Virus record (IMG/VR): IMGVR_UViG_2526164649_000022
From: a virus
Taxonomy: Duplodnaviria > Heunggongvirae > Uroviricota > Caudoviricetes
Length of the DNA stretch: 34,807 nucleotides
Strand: one strand, 5' to 3'
In this document: one piece after another, positions 1 to 8,531 of the stretch
Layout of the letters: every line of letters starts with the position of its first letter
Position numbering within the stretch: the first letter of the stretch is position 1
Notes under the pieces: model-generated
Seen by the model: the letters and a program-made list of their open reading frames with translations, nothing else
Databases searched by the model: none
Told to the model about the DNA's origin: nothing
Made by a program: the position numbers and the translations under genes

Positions 1-738
1 TCACTTCGGGTAAGGCTGAATCCTGAATAGCTTAGTATTTAGTCGCTTTCTTGCGCGCTTGTTCAGGAACCTGATGTAACGATATTGATTAAATTTGTGT
101 ACCACGGCCCGCTCCTTATTCGCTCGTAAATATTCGCCGCGCTTCCCTCCACGATTAATCGCATTCATCGTTATCTCGTGATACCACTCACCGTCCAGTT
201 CGTAGAATATGCTTTCATGGCTGCCAATAAAATCAAAATTTGACGCCTGATACACAACACCTGCACACCCGCAACGTTCGTCTGCAAAGGACTGAACCCA
301 CTCCACTGACGGATACAGTAACCTGATGGTTTTCAGCGCGTAGCTGATGGCCCGTGATTCAGAGTTGCGGGGCATGTCGTCGTGTAGCCACATGCGGTTC
401 AGTTCCATATAGCCCCGGTTATCCGTTTCAAGCACAACGCGACGCCCTGAGTTGGGGTTAAGGGCATATCCCCACTGAAGAACACCAACCAGATCACGTC
501 CACTGAATACGCCCAGATGCAACCAGGAGTTATTCACAAAACGGCGGGAATAATGCTTTGTCTGAATGATTGTGCGGGCCAGCCAGCAGGATATGGTTTC
601 AACGCGCAGCTCCCTTGAACCATAGCCGACAATCCGGCCTTCATACTCAATAACGCAGGGTTTTGTCAGAATGCGTGATTTCTTCTCTTTTCCCACAATA
701 CAGCTCCGTGGGATGCTCCCGGGCACTCGATATGACAA
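1..738 (-). CDS. mom: Mom-like DNA modification (anti-restriction) protein; stop codon at window positions 1-3; start uncertain because the reading frame overlaps com
   Basis: 245-aa ORF immediately downstream of, and overlapping, a recognisable com zinc-finger gene, as in the Mu com-mom operon at the phage right end. Confidence 0.7.
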   Translation of the reverse strand: MSYRVPGSIPRSCIVGKEKKSRILTKPCVIEYEGRIVGYGSRELRVETISCWLARTIIQTKHYSRRFVNNSWLHLGVFSGRDLVGVLQWGYALNPNSGRRVVLETDNRGYMELNRMWLHDDMPRNSESRAISYALKTIRLLYPSVEWVQSFADERCGCAGVVYQASNFDFIGSHESIFYELDGEWYHEITMNAINRGGKRGEYLRANKERAVVHKFNQYRYIRFLNKRARKRLNTKLFRIQPYPK

Positions 739-832
739 TGTAACGTTTACAGCGAGGACATTTGATTTCTATATGCTTAAAACCTCCTTTAAACAGCAAT
801 TTATTGCAATTTTTACAACGAACAGAGTCCAT
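647..832 (-). CDS. com: Com zinc-finger translational activator of mom
   Basis: Internal Met of the 81-aa track ORF gives a 61-aa product [13 protein letters not shown]...CPRCKR with a CxxC...CxxC zinc finger closely matching recalled Mu Com; overlaps mom. Confidence 0.8.
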   Translation of the reverse strand: MDSVRCKNCNKLLFKGGFKHIEIKCPRCKRYIVISSAREHPTELYCGKREEITHSDKTLRY

Positions 833-892
833 AATTTCCCCCAGTGTAATAACAGGATATAGCTGCCCGGAGGGCTGGGGGTATTTAATCAC

Positions 893-957
893 ACTTGATG
901 CAAACCGACGATCGATATGATGCTATCGATCGTCATAAACTATACAAACTGATTATT
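893..957 (-). promoter_or_regulatory. Putative com-mom promoter/operator region with a Dam-site inverted repeat
   Basis: Perfect 10-bp inverted repeat ACGATCGATA/TATCGATCGT (908-917 and 924-933) carrying two GATC sites, about 75-100 bp upstream of the com ATG; Mu Pmom is known to be Dam/OxyR regulated. Confidence 0.4.
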
Positions 958-1059
958 TAATCGCCTGGTAGACTGGCCCCCTGAATCTCCAGACAACCAG
1001 TATCACTTATTTAAGTGATAGTCTTAATACTAGTTTTTAGACTAGTCATTGGAGAACAG

Positions 1060-1425
1060 ATGATTGATGTCTTAGGGCCGGAGAAACGCAGACGGCGTAC
1101 CACACAGGAAAAGATCGCAATTGTTCAGCAGAGCTTTGAACCGGGGATGACGGTCTCCCTCGTTGCCCGGCAACATGGTGTAGCAGCCAGCCAGTTATTT
1201 CTCTGGCGTAAGCAATACCAGGAAGGAAGTCTTACTGCTGTGGCCGCCGGAGAACAGGTTGTTCCTGCCTCTGAACTTGCTGCCGCCATGAAGCAGATTA
1301 AAGAACTCCAGCGCCTGCTCGGCAAGAAAACGATGGAAAATGAACTCCTCAAAGAAGCCGTTGAATATGGACGGGCAAAAAAGTGGATAGCGCACGCGCC
1401 CTTATTGCCCGGGGATGGGGAGTAA
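1060..1425 (+). CDS. insC: IS2 transposase OrfA (InsC)
   Basis: [40 protein letters not shown] matches recalled InsC; the track ORF start at 1015 is an upstream extension. Confidence 0.9.
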
Positions 1426-2288
1426 GCTTAGTCAGCCGTTGTCTCCGGGTGTCGCGTGCGCAGTTGCACGTCATTCTCAGACGAACCGATGACTGGATGG
1501 ATGGCCGCCGCAGTCGTCACACTGATGATACGGATGTGCTTCTCCGTATACACCATGTTATCGGAGAGCTGCCCACGTATGGTTATCGTCGGGTATGGGC
1601 GCTGCTTCGCAGACAGGCAGAACTTGATGGTATGCCTGCGATCAATGCCAAACGTGTTTACCGGATCATGCGCCAGAATGCGCTGTTGCTTGAGCGAAAA
1701 CCTGCTGTACCGCCATCGAAACGGGCACATACAGGCAGAGTAGCCGTGAAAGAAAGCAATCAGCGATGGTGCTCTGACGGGTTCGAGTTCTGCTGTGATA
1801 ACGGAGAGAGACTGCGTGTCACGTTCGCGCTGGACTGCTGTGATCGTGAGGCACTGCACTGGGCGGTGACTACCGGCGGCTTCAACAGTGAAACAGTACA
1901 GGACGTCATGCTGGGAGCGGTGGAACGCCGCTTCGGCAACGATCTTCCGTCGTCTCCAGTGGAGTGGCTGACGGATAATGGTTCATGCTACCGGGCTAAT
2001 GAAACACGCCAGTTCGCCCGGATGTTGGGACTTGAACCGAAGAACACGGCGGTGCGGAGTCCGGAGAGTAACGGAATAGCAGAGAGCTTCGTGAAAACGA
2101 TAAAGCGTGACTACATCAGTATCATGCCCAAACCAGACGGGTTAACGGCAGCAAAGAACCTTGCAGAGGCGTTCGAGCATTATAACGAATGGCATCCGCA
2201 TAGTGCGCTGGGTTATCGCTCGCCACGGGAATATCTGCGGCAGCGGGCTTGTAATGGGTTAAGTGATAACAGATGTCTGGAAATATAG
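1383..2288 (+). CDS. insD: IS2 transposase OrfB (InsD), DDE integrase domain
   Basis: 301-aa ORF overlapping insC in the arrangement typical of IS3-family OrfA/OrfB. Confidence 0.9.
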
Positions 2289-2919
2289 GGGCAAATCCAC
2301 CTGGTCTGAACGCTCTCACCTCGTCCAGTGTGGGCAACAGAGAAAGTTGTTCTTTCATCTCCCGCTGACAGCGATAAATCTCATCGTTGCGCTCAACAAT
2401 GGCCTGTATCATCGCTGTGGCCAGTTCCTCAAGTTCCTGCGTCGTCAGCTGCACCTGCTGATTATCCGCATCACTCCACGTCATATTTGTTTGTGCCGCG
2501 ACAGATTTTGCCAGCATGACTACCGGGGACAGGCGGCCCAGTGAGTCGGGGCCAGCATTCCAGATACGACCGTTCCATTCAAACGTGAACGGCTTCGCCT
2601 CCTGTTCTGTGCGCCATGCTTCAATTTCCTGACGTCTGGCCTCTCTGGCCGCTTCCAGCATTTCTGGTGTCACAGTGAATGGGGCTATCTCACCCCATTT
2701 GCCACTTTGCAGTTCCTGCCAGATTCGCTGACCCGTCGGTGCGACATCATCAGCGGTGGCTGTGTAGGGGACTGCCTGGTCCCTGTCGTCAAAAAAAACG
2801 TCACAGTCTACTGCGCCACTTTCGGTATAACGGGGATTAATGATTTTTTTAATTTCCACGGTGCATTCCTCACGATGTGCGAATAAAAAGCCCGGGCATT
2901 GCGCCAGAGACATGAGCAT
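2122..2919 (-). CDS. Phage tail-module protein (putative second tail-fibre assembly/chaperone-like); phage-derived part is 2300-2919; C-terminus replaced by read-through into IS2
   Basis: Position directly downstream of a tail-fibre gene; removing IS2 and one duplication copy restores ...RAFRPGD followed by TAA. A GTG start at 2859 with a GAGGA Shine-Dalgarno is plausible instead of the ATG at 2919. Confidence 0.5.
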
Positions 2920-3223
2920 CCGGCACCCCGGACAGGGCGCAATATGACCCCGGTAATGAATGCTCTGAACATCCCGTAATGAAAAATTGTGGGGATGCTA
3001 TATACGTTCCGGTGGGAGTACTGGGCACTGAAATCCCCACCGGTCCCAGTCGTGAGCCTCTGTATGACTGCCCCCTGACAAGTCTGATGACTTTATCACC
3101 GTCAGCTTCTCCCTGGTACGCAGCAATAATCAGCCCGCCAATGTCAGGGTCTCCCCATCTGTTGCGGACAGAGCTCGCCACGATTCTGTAAATAATATCT
3201 TCTGTGGTTATATTTATTTTCAC
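2870..3223 (-). CDS. Hypothetical small protein between tail fibre and assembly-like gene
   Basis: 117-aa ORF whose GTG start overlaps the stop of the upstream fibre gene (GTGA); no recognisable domain. Confidence 0.3.
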   Translation of the reverse strand: MKINITTEDIIYRIVASSVRNRWGDPDIGGLIIAAYQGEADGDKVIRLVRGQSYRGSRLGPVGISVPSTPTGTYIASPQFFITGCSEHSLPGSYCALSGVPDAHVSGAMPGLFIRTS

Positions 3224-4272
3224 CCAGTCAGTCTGGATATGGGCCAGTAGCAGTAGCGGGTGTGATAAATGGGGCCGTTAATGCCGTAAAAAGTAAGGGA
3301 TTTGGCTCTGTACCGCGGTTCTGTTGTCTCAGGGCGTGCATCAGTCCACCGGATGCTGAGCCCCCCTTCAAACCGTGTGTCGGGTATGATGATGCCGTAG
3401 GGGCCAGCAACGGAATATTCAACTGGCAGCGCATTCCTTACCCAGGCCAGGAAATCACTCTTAGTGTCAAAACGGATAACATCTTCAGGCAGAAAAGCAC
3501 ACCCAAAGCCGAATGCGCCGGGTATCGCCAGACGGCCTTTTGTCCGGTCGTAAATGTCGCTCTGTGCTTCCATCGTGGCCGCACTTTTCAGCCCCAGATT
3601 ATCCCGGGACTTCTGTTGTGCCTTTTCGCCTGCTGCTGCGATTTCAGACAGATGGTTAGCCGTTTTCAGAGTGCCGGTCAGCGCAGCATCAATGTCATTT
3701 TTGGCCTGCTCTGCTGCGCGGGCATAACCTGCGGCTGCCTGTGCACGCTGACCGGATAAGACGGCGTTTTTCCCTGTGCTTTTCACGTCTTCCGCTGTGG
3801 CCTTTCTGTTCTCAGCTGTGACGCTTGCATCCTGTCGGGCTTTCTCCGCAAAACGTTGTGCATCATCACGGGCCGTTGCGGCTGCCGTCACATCCTGCGC
3901 CGTCTGCCGTGCGTTTCCGGCTGCGCTCCCGGCACTCTGCTGCGCCTGTTGCGCCAGCTCTTCGAATTTCTTCAGGGATTCCGGACGCAGGTCAATATCA
4001 GTTGCGCCCAGAAAATCATTCAGCGAACCGTCCGTTGAATCTTCATAAACGCGGATGACACCGATTTCTGAAAGGCGCTGTGTGCTTTGTGTCAGGCGAA
4101 CGCTGTACACACCCGGCAGAACGGGGAAGTCATATTCCCCGTTCTGTGTGGTGACATGGCTGAAAACACTTTTCAGAATCCCTGCACGGTTGTGCATGGA
4201 GGTTAGTGTAATGGTTGCGCCGCCCAGCGGTTCTCCCGTGGGCGTTTTAATCACACCTTTAAGCTGCGGCAT
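3220..4272 (-). CDS. Tail fibre protein with lambda side-tail-fibre-like N-terminal domain
   Basis: N-terminus MPQLKGVIKTPTGEPLGGATITL...VYEDSTDGSLNDFL resembles the lambda Stf N-terminal domain, followed by an Ala/Gln-rich coiled region and a distinct C-terminal domain. Confidence 0.7.
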   Translation of the reverse strand: MPQLKGVIKTPTGEPLGGATITLTSMHNRAGILKSVFSHVTTQNGEYDFPVLPGVYSVRLTQSTQRLSEIGVIRVYEDSTDGSLNDFLGATDIDLRPESLKKFEELAQQAQQSAGSAAGNARQTAQDVTAAATARDDAQRFAEKARQDASVTAENRKATAEDVKSTGKNAVLSGQRAQAAAGYARAAEQAKNDIDAALTGTLKTANHLSEIAAAGEKAQQKSRDNLGLKSAATMEAQSDIYDRTKGRLAIPGAFGFGCAFLPEDVIRFDTKSDFLAWVRNALPVEYSVAGPYGIIIPDTRFEGGLSIRWTDARPETTEPRYRAKSLTFYGINGPIYHTRYCYWPISRLTG

Positions 4273-4804
4273 CGGGACGCTCCGGCCAGTTGATGGCGTT
4301 ATATGTGGCTTTATCTGTGATGGTGCTGAAATCCATCGCCTGCAGTGATTTCGCGTAAATACGGTACGCTTTCAGCTTTTCTTTATCTTCGTCGCTGATT
4401 AACCCCAGCAGCAGGTCTTCTTCCCATTCCCCTGTCCGGGCACTGACCTGAGCCAGAAGGGCATCACGCTCATCTTCCGCTTTGAGTCTGTAGTCAAAGA
4501 CAAATTCATCATTGCGGTAAAACCAGTAACCCGGCGCGGTAATGCGGCGGTTGGCGGTAATATCAGGAACTTCAATAACACTGGCGTTACGGGGTTCAAT
4601 GCCTGTCACATCCTTACCGACCCACACCACGCGCCCGTCTCCGGTGTAAACCATTTTTATGGTGTCACTGGCAAAGTTCTTCTGTTCTTCATACCAGTTT
4701 TTGCCGTCTTCCGAAAAAAGCCAGGTGACATCATACTGTTTTGTCAGCTGATATTGTTCCGCGGTTTTCGGATTACCTGCCGTAATATTTTTTAAATGCA
4801 ACAT
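4259..4804 (-). CDS. Tail fibre assembly protein (Tfa / Mu U-like)
   Basis: MLHLKNITAGNPKTAEQYQLTKQYDVTWLFSEDGKNWYEE is the conserved N-terminus of lambda Tfa / P2 G / Mu U chaperones. Confidence 0.8.
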   Translation of the reverse strand: MLHLKNITAGNPKTAEQYQLTKQYDVTWLFSEDGKNWYEEQKNFASDTIKMVYTGDGRVVWVGKDVTGIEPRNASVIEVPDITANRRITAPGYWFYRNDEFVFDYRLKAEDERDALLAQVSARTGEWEEDLLLGLISDEDKEKLKAYRIYAKSLQAMDFSTITDKATYNAINWPERPDAAA

Positions 4805-4806
4805 TG

Positions 4807-5907
4807 TTAAATACTCGCTACGTTATACCAGGTGCCATTAATCAGTTTTTGCAGCGGTCGGTAATACACACCGTTGACGTTATCCGCTGAGTTACGGCCG
4901 GTATCCGATATCGATATCCCTGACAACCCGTGTCCCGAAGGTGCGCGAAATGTCCATGAAACAGTGTTACTGCCGGGGCCGTAATACATTTCATAACCAT
5001 ACCGCACATCCTGCACGCCACCATTTCGCTGCTGGTAACGGGCATCAAAGTTTCCGTAGTCTGACGGTGTTACCCGTCCTGTAACGTTTACAGCTTTATT
5101 ACTCTGGATACTGCCACTCTGAAAACGCAACACATGCACGCTATTGGCATAAACATCCAGCAGGCCATCACCATTCTGTTTAAATCCGGTGTCATTATCA
5201 CCAAGAACAATTGAATTCCCCCCCAGGGCGTTCTGAACGCCGATACCCAGCGCACCATTGACCTGCGAACCACCGCCAACAGACACTTTATGCGACATGG
5301 ATATTTCACCCGTCCGCAAATTAATGGTGAACGGGCGCAGGGGACCAATATCGCCATTTTCCCCCTGACCTTCACTGGTGGGAATAAGGTGAAGGCACTC
5401 TTCCGAACGACGAAAAATCAGGCCAAAAGCTTCGTTGAAAATCCTCAGCGCATTAACACCACGGATTTTCAGCTCCCCTGTCATCGTGCCGCCTGATTGT
5501 TTTATGACTTTCAGTGCATCTGCAAAATCTGTTGCACTCTCTTTGCCGAGAATACCGCGCACAAAAGCACTGAGCGGCGTTAATGCCATTGTGTCTTTGC
5601 CGGTAAAATAAGGGAATGTATTATTCTGACCGGTTAATCCGGCAATAGCACCGGCTGAACCACTGTTCGTAATAAACAGCTTTTTCAGCGCCGTCATAAT
5701 CTGGTCGGTTGTGTTTTTATCCGGTTTGATATTTGCCTGCCGGAGTATTTCCAGTAATTCAGACTGAATAATATTAAACCAGTCCGGCCCCGGATACGTG
5801 GGCGGAATACCGTTCCCGCCTTCGGTGAAATAAAGCGTTGTTTTGCTTAATTCAGCTGCGACAGGTGGCATTACCGGCACACCCGTCGGGTTATCCACAT
5901 AAAACAT
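4807..5907 (-). CDS. Tail fibre protein (Mu S position)
   Basis: 366-aa Gly/Ser-rich ORF between baseplate genes and tfa; gene-order inference. Confidence 0.6.
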   Translation of the reverse strand: MFYVDNPTGVPVMPPVAAELSKTTLYFTEGGNGIPPTYPGPDWFNIIQSELLEILRQANIKPDKNTTDQIMTALKKLFITNSGSAGAIAGLTGQNNTFPYFTGKDTMALTPLSAFVRGILGKESATDFADALKVIKQSGGTMTGELKIRGVNALRIFNEAFGLIFRRSEECLHLIPTSEGQGENGDIGPLRPFTINLRTGEISMSHKVSVGGGSQVNGALGIGVQNALGGNSIVLGDNDTGFKQNGDGLLDVYANSVHVLRFQSGSIQSNKAVNVTGRVTPSDYGNFDARYQQRNGGVQDVRYGYEMYYGPGSNTVSWTFRAPSGHGLSGISISDTGRNSADNVNGVYYRPLQKLINGTWYNVASI

Positions 5908-5910
5908 AAA

Positions 5911-6495
5911 TTATTCTCCGGTGTAATAATATTCATATTCCGTGCCCGCCAGCCGGTAATGCTTCAGCAGGCATTCCAGCTCACGGGGGCGTTCGCTGAT
6001 TAATGGTGTCATGACGCCATCAATACAGGTAAACCGCCCGGCATCTTTACCCGGGACGTTCACTTTCAGCATCCAGCGATACCGCGCCGGATGCAGCGGA
6101 TACATGCAGTCGCGCAGACAGTGGTGCGGCAGAACGGCTGTCACCTTAATGGTGAAGCCCAGCGCCGCTGCTGCGGCTTCAGTCTGCCAGGTTGCCAGCC
6201 CGCCCCTGCGACGGTATTTCTCCACCACGGCACGGCGGCGGGCTTCCCTGGTGGTGGGGGCAATTCCGCATTCCGGCAGCGCCAGATACTGCTCCCACTC
6301 CGGCAGCAGCCGGAGCGTGGTTTCCGGGCGCATCTCCACATGCAGACGCGAGGCGTCGTATTCAGTGCGGTTTAAACGTTCTGCAAGCGCCCTTAAAAAG
6401 CGGTTTAAATCCGCGTCGTTATCACGCGGCCATGCCTTACCCCGTGGCATGACCTGTTGCAGTGCGGCCAGCCATTCCGTCACGCTGTGAGCCAT
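5911..6495 (-). CDS. Baseplate/tail protein (Mu gp48-like)
   Basis: 194-aa ORF at the gp48 position between the baseplate J-like gene and the fibre gene. Confidence 0.55.
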   Translation of the reverse strand: MAHSVTEWLAALQQVMPRGKAWPRDNDADLNRFLRALAERLNRTEYDASRLHVEMRPETTLRLLPEWEQYLALPECGIAPTTREARRRAVVEKYRRRGGLATWQTEAAAAALGFTIKVTAVLPHHCLRDCMYPLHPARYRWMLKVNVPGKDAGRFTCIDGVMTPLISERPRELECLLKHYRLAGTEYEYYYTGE

Positions 6496-7556
6496 GTCAC
6501 CTCCCCGATGGTGATAAGCTCATCCACATCACTGGTGGTGTCCTCCCCGATGTTAAGGAAGTAATCCGTGATGCCGGACGTCATACCGATGGCCGTGCGC
6601 AGCGAGGACACCGGCAGCGTCTGACCGGGTGCCAGTGTCTTCTGTAACGCGGTCAGGTTTGCCCGGACGGCGCTCCTGTTCGCCAAGCTGTCCGGTGTCA
6701 GACGGATGGATATGCTGACTTTCTTCAGCCTGACCTGTACCGGCCAGACCTCAATGCCGCCCGGTTTACCCACCATGACGCCCGTGGCCGGGTGTTTGTG
6801 GCAGAACAGATACTGCTCCATTGTCTTCAGGTCTTCGCGGGTTGGCACGATGTTTTCCCGGTCATCATAAAGCCATGCCAGCCCGACCGTGCCGGGGCCG
6901 TGCCATGCATCCCACGCCCACGCGCGGCTGACGCCCGGCACTTCACGCGCCCATATCACGTAGTCATGCAACGCGCCGCCTGTCGGTGGATTGCGGCGCA
7001 CATACAGCAGACGGTCCAGCAGCGCTGCGATGGATTCAGTGTCTGCGCCACCGGTGATGCCACCTTCAGCCACCGCGCCTGTGCTGGCCGTTCCGGGCAG
7101 CGGGGACAGCAGGGTGAGTACGGCACCGGCAGCAAGATTGCCCGCCACACCGGCTTCTTCAGCCTGCACGATGACGGTGACCTCGCCGTCCTGCACCTCG
7201 CCGGACGTGAGTACCTGATACACCTGGTTCGTGTCGGACTGCATCCGGGTTTCTGCCGGAAGGGGGGACTGACTGGTGAAGGTCACCCGCCCGCTGGCAA
7301 AGGTGGCCTGCTTGCGGATAACCCCTTCATACTTTGCTGTTTTGATAATGGTTTCATCATCAGACGTGGTGGACGGGATTATCTGGTCCTTAATCCAGCT
7401 CTGATGGTCGTATAAATCCCGGACCTGACTGCTGAATGACACGTTCAGCGCCTGCTCAACACTGACAGGCGGCAGCTTTTGCAGGCCGAGTTCATACGCA
7501 ATATCTTTTTCGCCGTCGGCAATCAGTTTGCCCAGCGTGGGGATTTCATACGGCAT
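6480..7556 (-). CDS. Baseplate J-like protein (Mu gp47-like)
   Basis: 358-aa ORF, size and order match baseplate J family in Mu-like tails. Confidence 0.65.
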   Translation of the reverse strand: MPYEIPTLGKLIADGEKDIAYELGLQKLPPVSVEQALNVSFSSQVRDLYDHQSWIKDQIIPSTTSDDETIIKTAKYEGVIRKQATFASGRVTFTSQSPLPAETRMQSDTNQVYQVLTSGEVQDGEVTVIVQAEEAGVAGNLAAGAVLTLLSPLPGTASTGAVAEGGITGGADTESIAALLDRLLYVRRNPPTGGALHDYVIWAREVPGVSRAWAWDAWHGPGTVGLAWLYDDRENIVPTREDLKTMEQYLFCHKHPATGVMVGKPGGIEVWPVQVRLKKVSISIRLTPDSLANRSAVRANLTALQKTLAPGQTLPVSSLRTAIGMTSGITDYFLNIGEDTTSDVDELITIGEVTWLTA

Positions 7557-7998
7557 TAATGGTGGCCTCCCATCGACGGGTGATTTCGATTCTGAGTGTG
7601 GTTTTGTCCGGGCGGGTTAACACCACCAGAAAGGCAATACGGTCAGGAATGATGATGCTGGCCGTGACGGTGGCGTTACGGGCGTAACCGGCACGCAGAA
7701 GCGGCTGCATGGACAGCCGCGCGTAATCTTCCACGCGCAGGCGGACATCTTCCGTCAGCTTTTCACGCTCAAGCAGCCACAGGCGGGAACCCCACGAAAA
7801 ATCGCTGTACGTGTCGCCCGGCCAGCCGCGCGGGTCGCCGGAGCCGTCAGGAATGACATCATCGTCATCAGCGCGGGCATCGGTGAAAAGGCAGATAAGA
7901 ACCTGAGTGACCAGCCCCTCATCCCGTGAGAGGCCGTTATGGGTGACGGTGATGTCACCTCGTGAGAGCATGTTATTCCAGCGGATTTCTGTCGTCAT
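7546..7998 (-). CDS. Baseplate protein (Mu gp46-like)
   Basis: 150-aa ORF translationally coupled within the baseplate operon. Confidence 0.55.
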   Translation of the reverse strand: MTTEIRWNNMLSRGDITVTHNGLSRDEGLVTQVLICLFTDARADDDDVIPDGSGDPRGWPGDTYSDFSWGSRLWLLEREKLTEDVRLRVEDYARLSMQPLLRAGYARNATVTASIIIPDRIAFLVVLTRPDKTTLRIEITRRWEATINAV

Positions 7999-8531
7999 AC
8001 GGGCGGTGATGTATTCTCATTGTCGCCGTCCTTATGAATGTGTTCGCTGAATGATTTACCCTTGATTCTGACATCTTCAGTGAATTCACAGGGACCGACG
8101 AATTTCATTTGTTTACCGATAATATTCAGCAGTTCGTCGGCAGTGAGATTTACCGTTTTCCCTGAAAAGTCTAATTGTTCTCCTGTGATTTCAATGACGC
8201 CGTTTTCCTTCAGGGTGATGTGTGATTTGCCGTCCCGGTGATACACCCTGACATCGCCGGGGGACAGTCCTTTCGGGCGACATCGCTTGTCTTCCACCGC
8301 GATGGCAACCAGCCCGTCACGCCGTCCGCCAACGGCCAGCACAATGGCTTCAGAACCTTCCGGCGGAACGGACGTAAACCCGTAGTTCTGGAAGCGTTCC
8401 ACGTCGTCATCGGTGGCATCTGCCAGCGTCTGAATTTGCAGGTTCTGCCGTGCCAGACCGTCAGACACCAGGCGGACAACAGCGCGGTCAACCATCAGTC
8501 GCAGGCGGCGAGCAATTGCGTTTAATCCCAT
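7995..8531 (-). CDS. Baseplate assembly protein V / spike (Mu gp45-like)
   Basis: 178-aa ORF at the gpV position; gene-order inference. Confidence 0.6.
   Translation of the reverse strand: MGLNAIARRLRLMVDRAVVRLVSDGLARQNLQIQTLADATDDDVERFQNYGFTSVPPEGSEAIVLAVGGRRDGLVAIAVEDKRCRPKGLSPGDVRVYHRDGKSHITLKENGVIEITGEQLDFSGKTVNLTADELLNIIGKQMKFVGPCEFTEDVRIKGKSFSEHIHKDGDNENTSPPV

Larger units (their letters stand above)
969..2299 (+). mobile_element. IS2 insertion sequence (1331 bp), complete, flanked by 5-bp target duplication CCTGG (964-968 and 2300-2304)
   Basis: Left end TAGACTGGCCCCCTGAATCTCC and right end GGGGCAAATCCA match recalled IS2 termini; encodes InsC and InsD. Confidence 0.9.

Noticed and set aside
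1015-1059. Upstream extension of insC starting at the ATG at 1015
   Set aside because: Canonical IS2 InsC begins MIDVLGPEK at 1060; the extension lies in the IS2 terminal repeat region.
833-2919. Gin-like invertase and invertible G segment expected between tail fibres and com in a Mu-like phage
   Set aside because: No serine-recombinase-like ORF and no oppositely oriented fibre genes are present; only 65 bp separates the reconstructed assembly-gene stop from the com upstream region.
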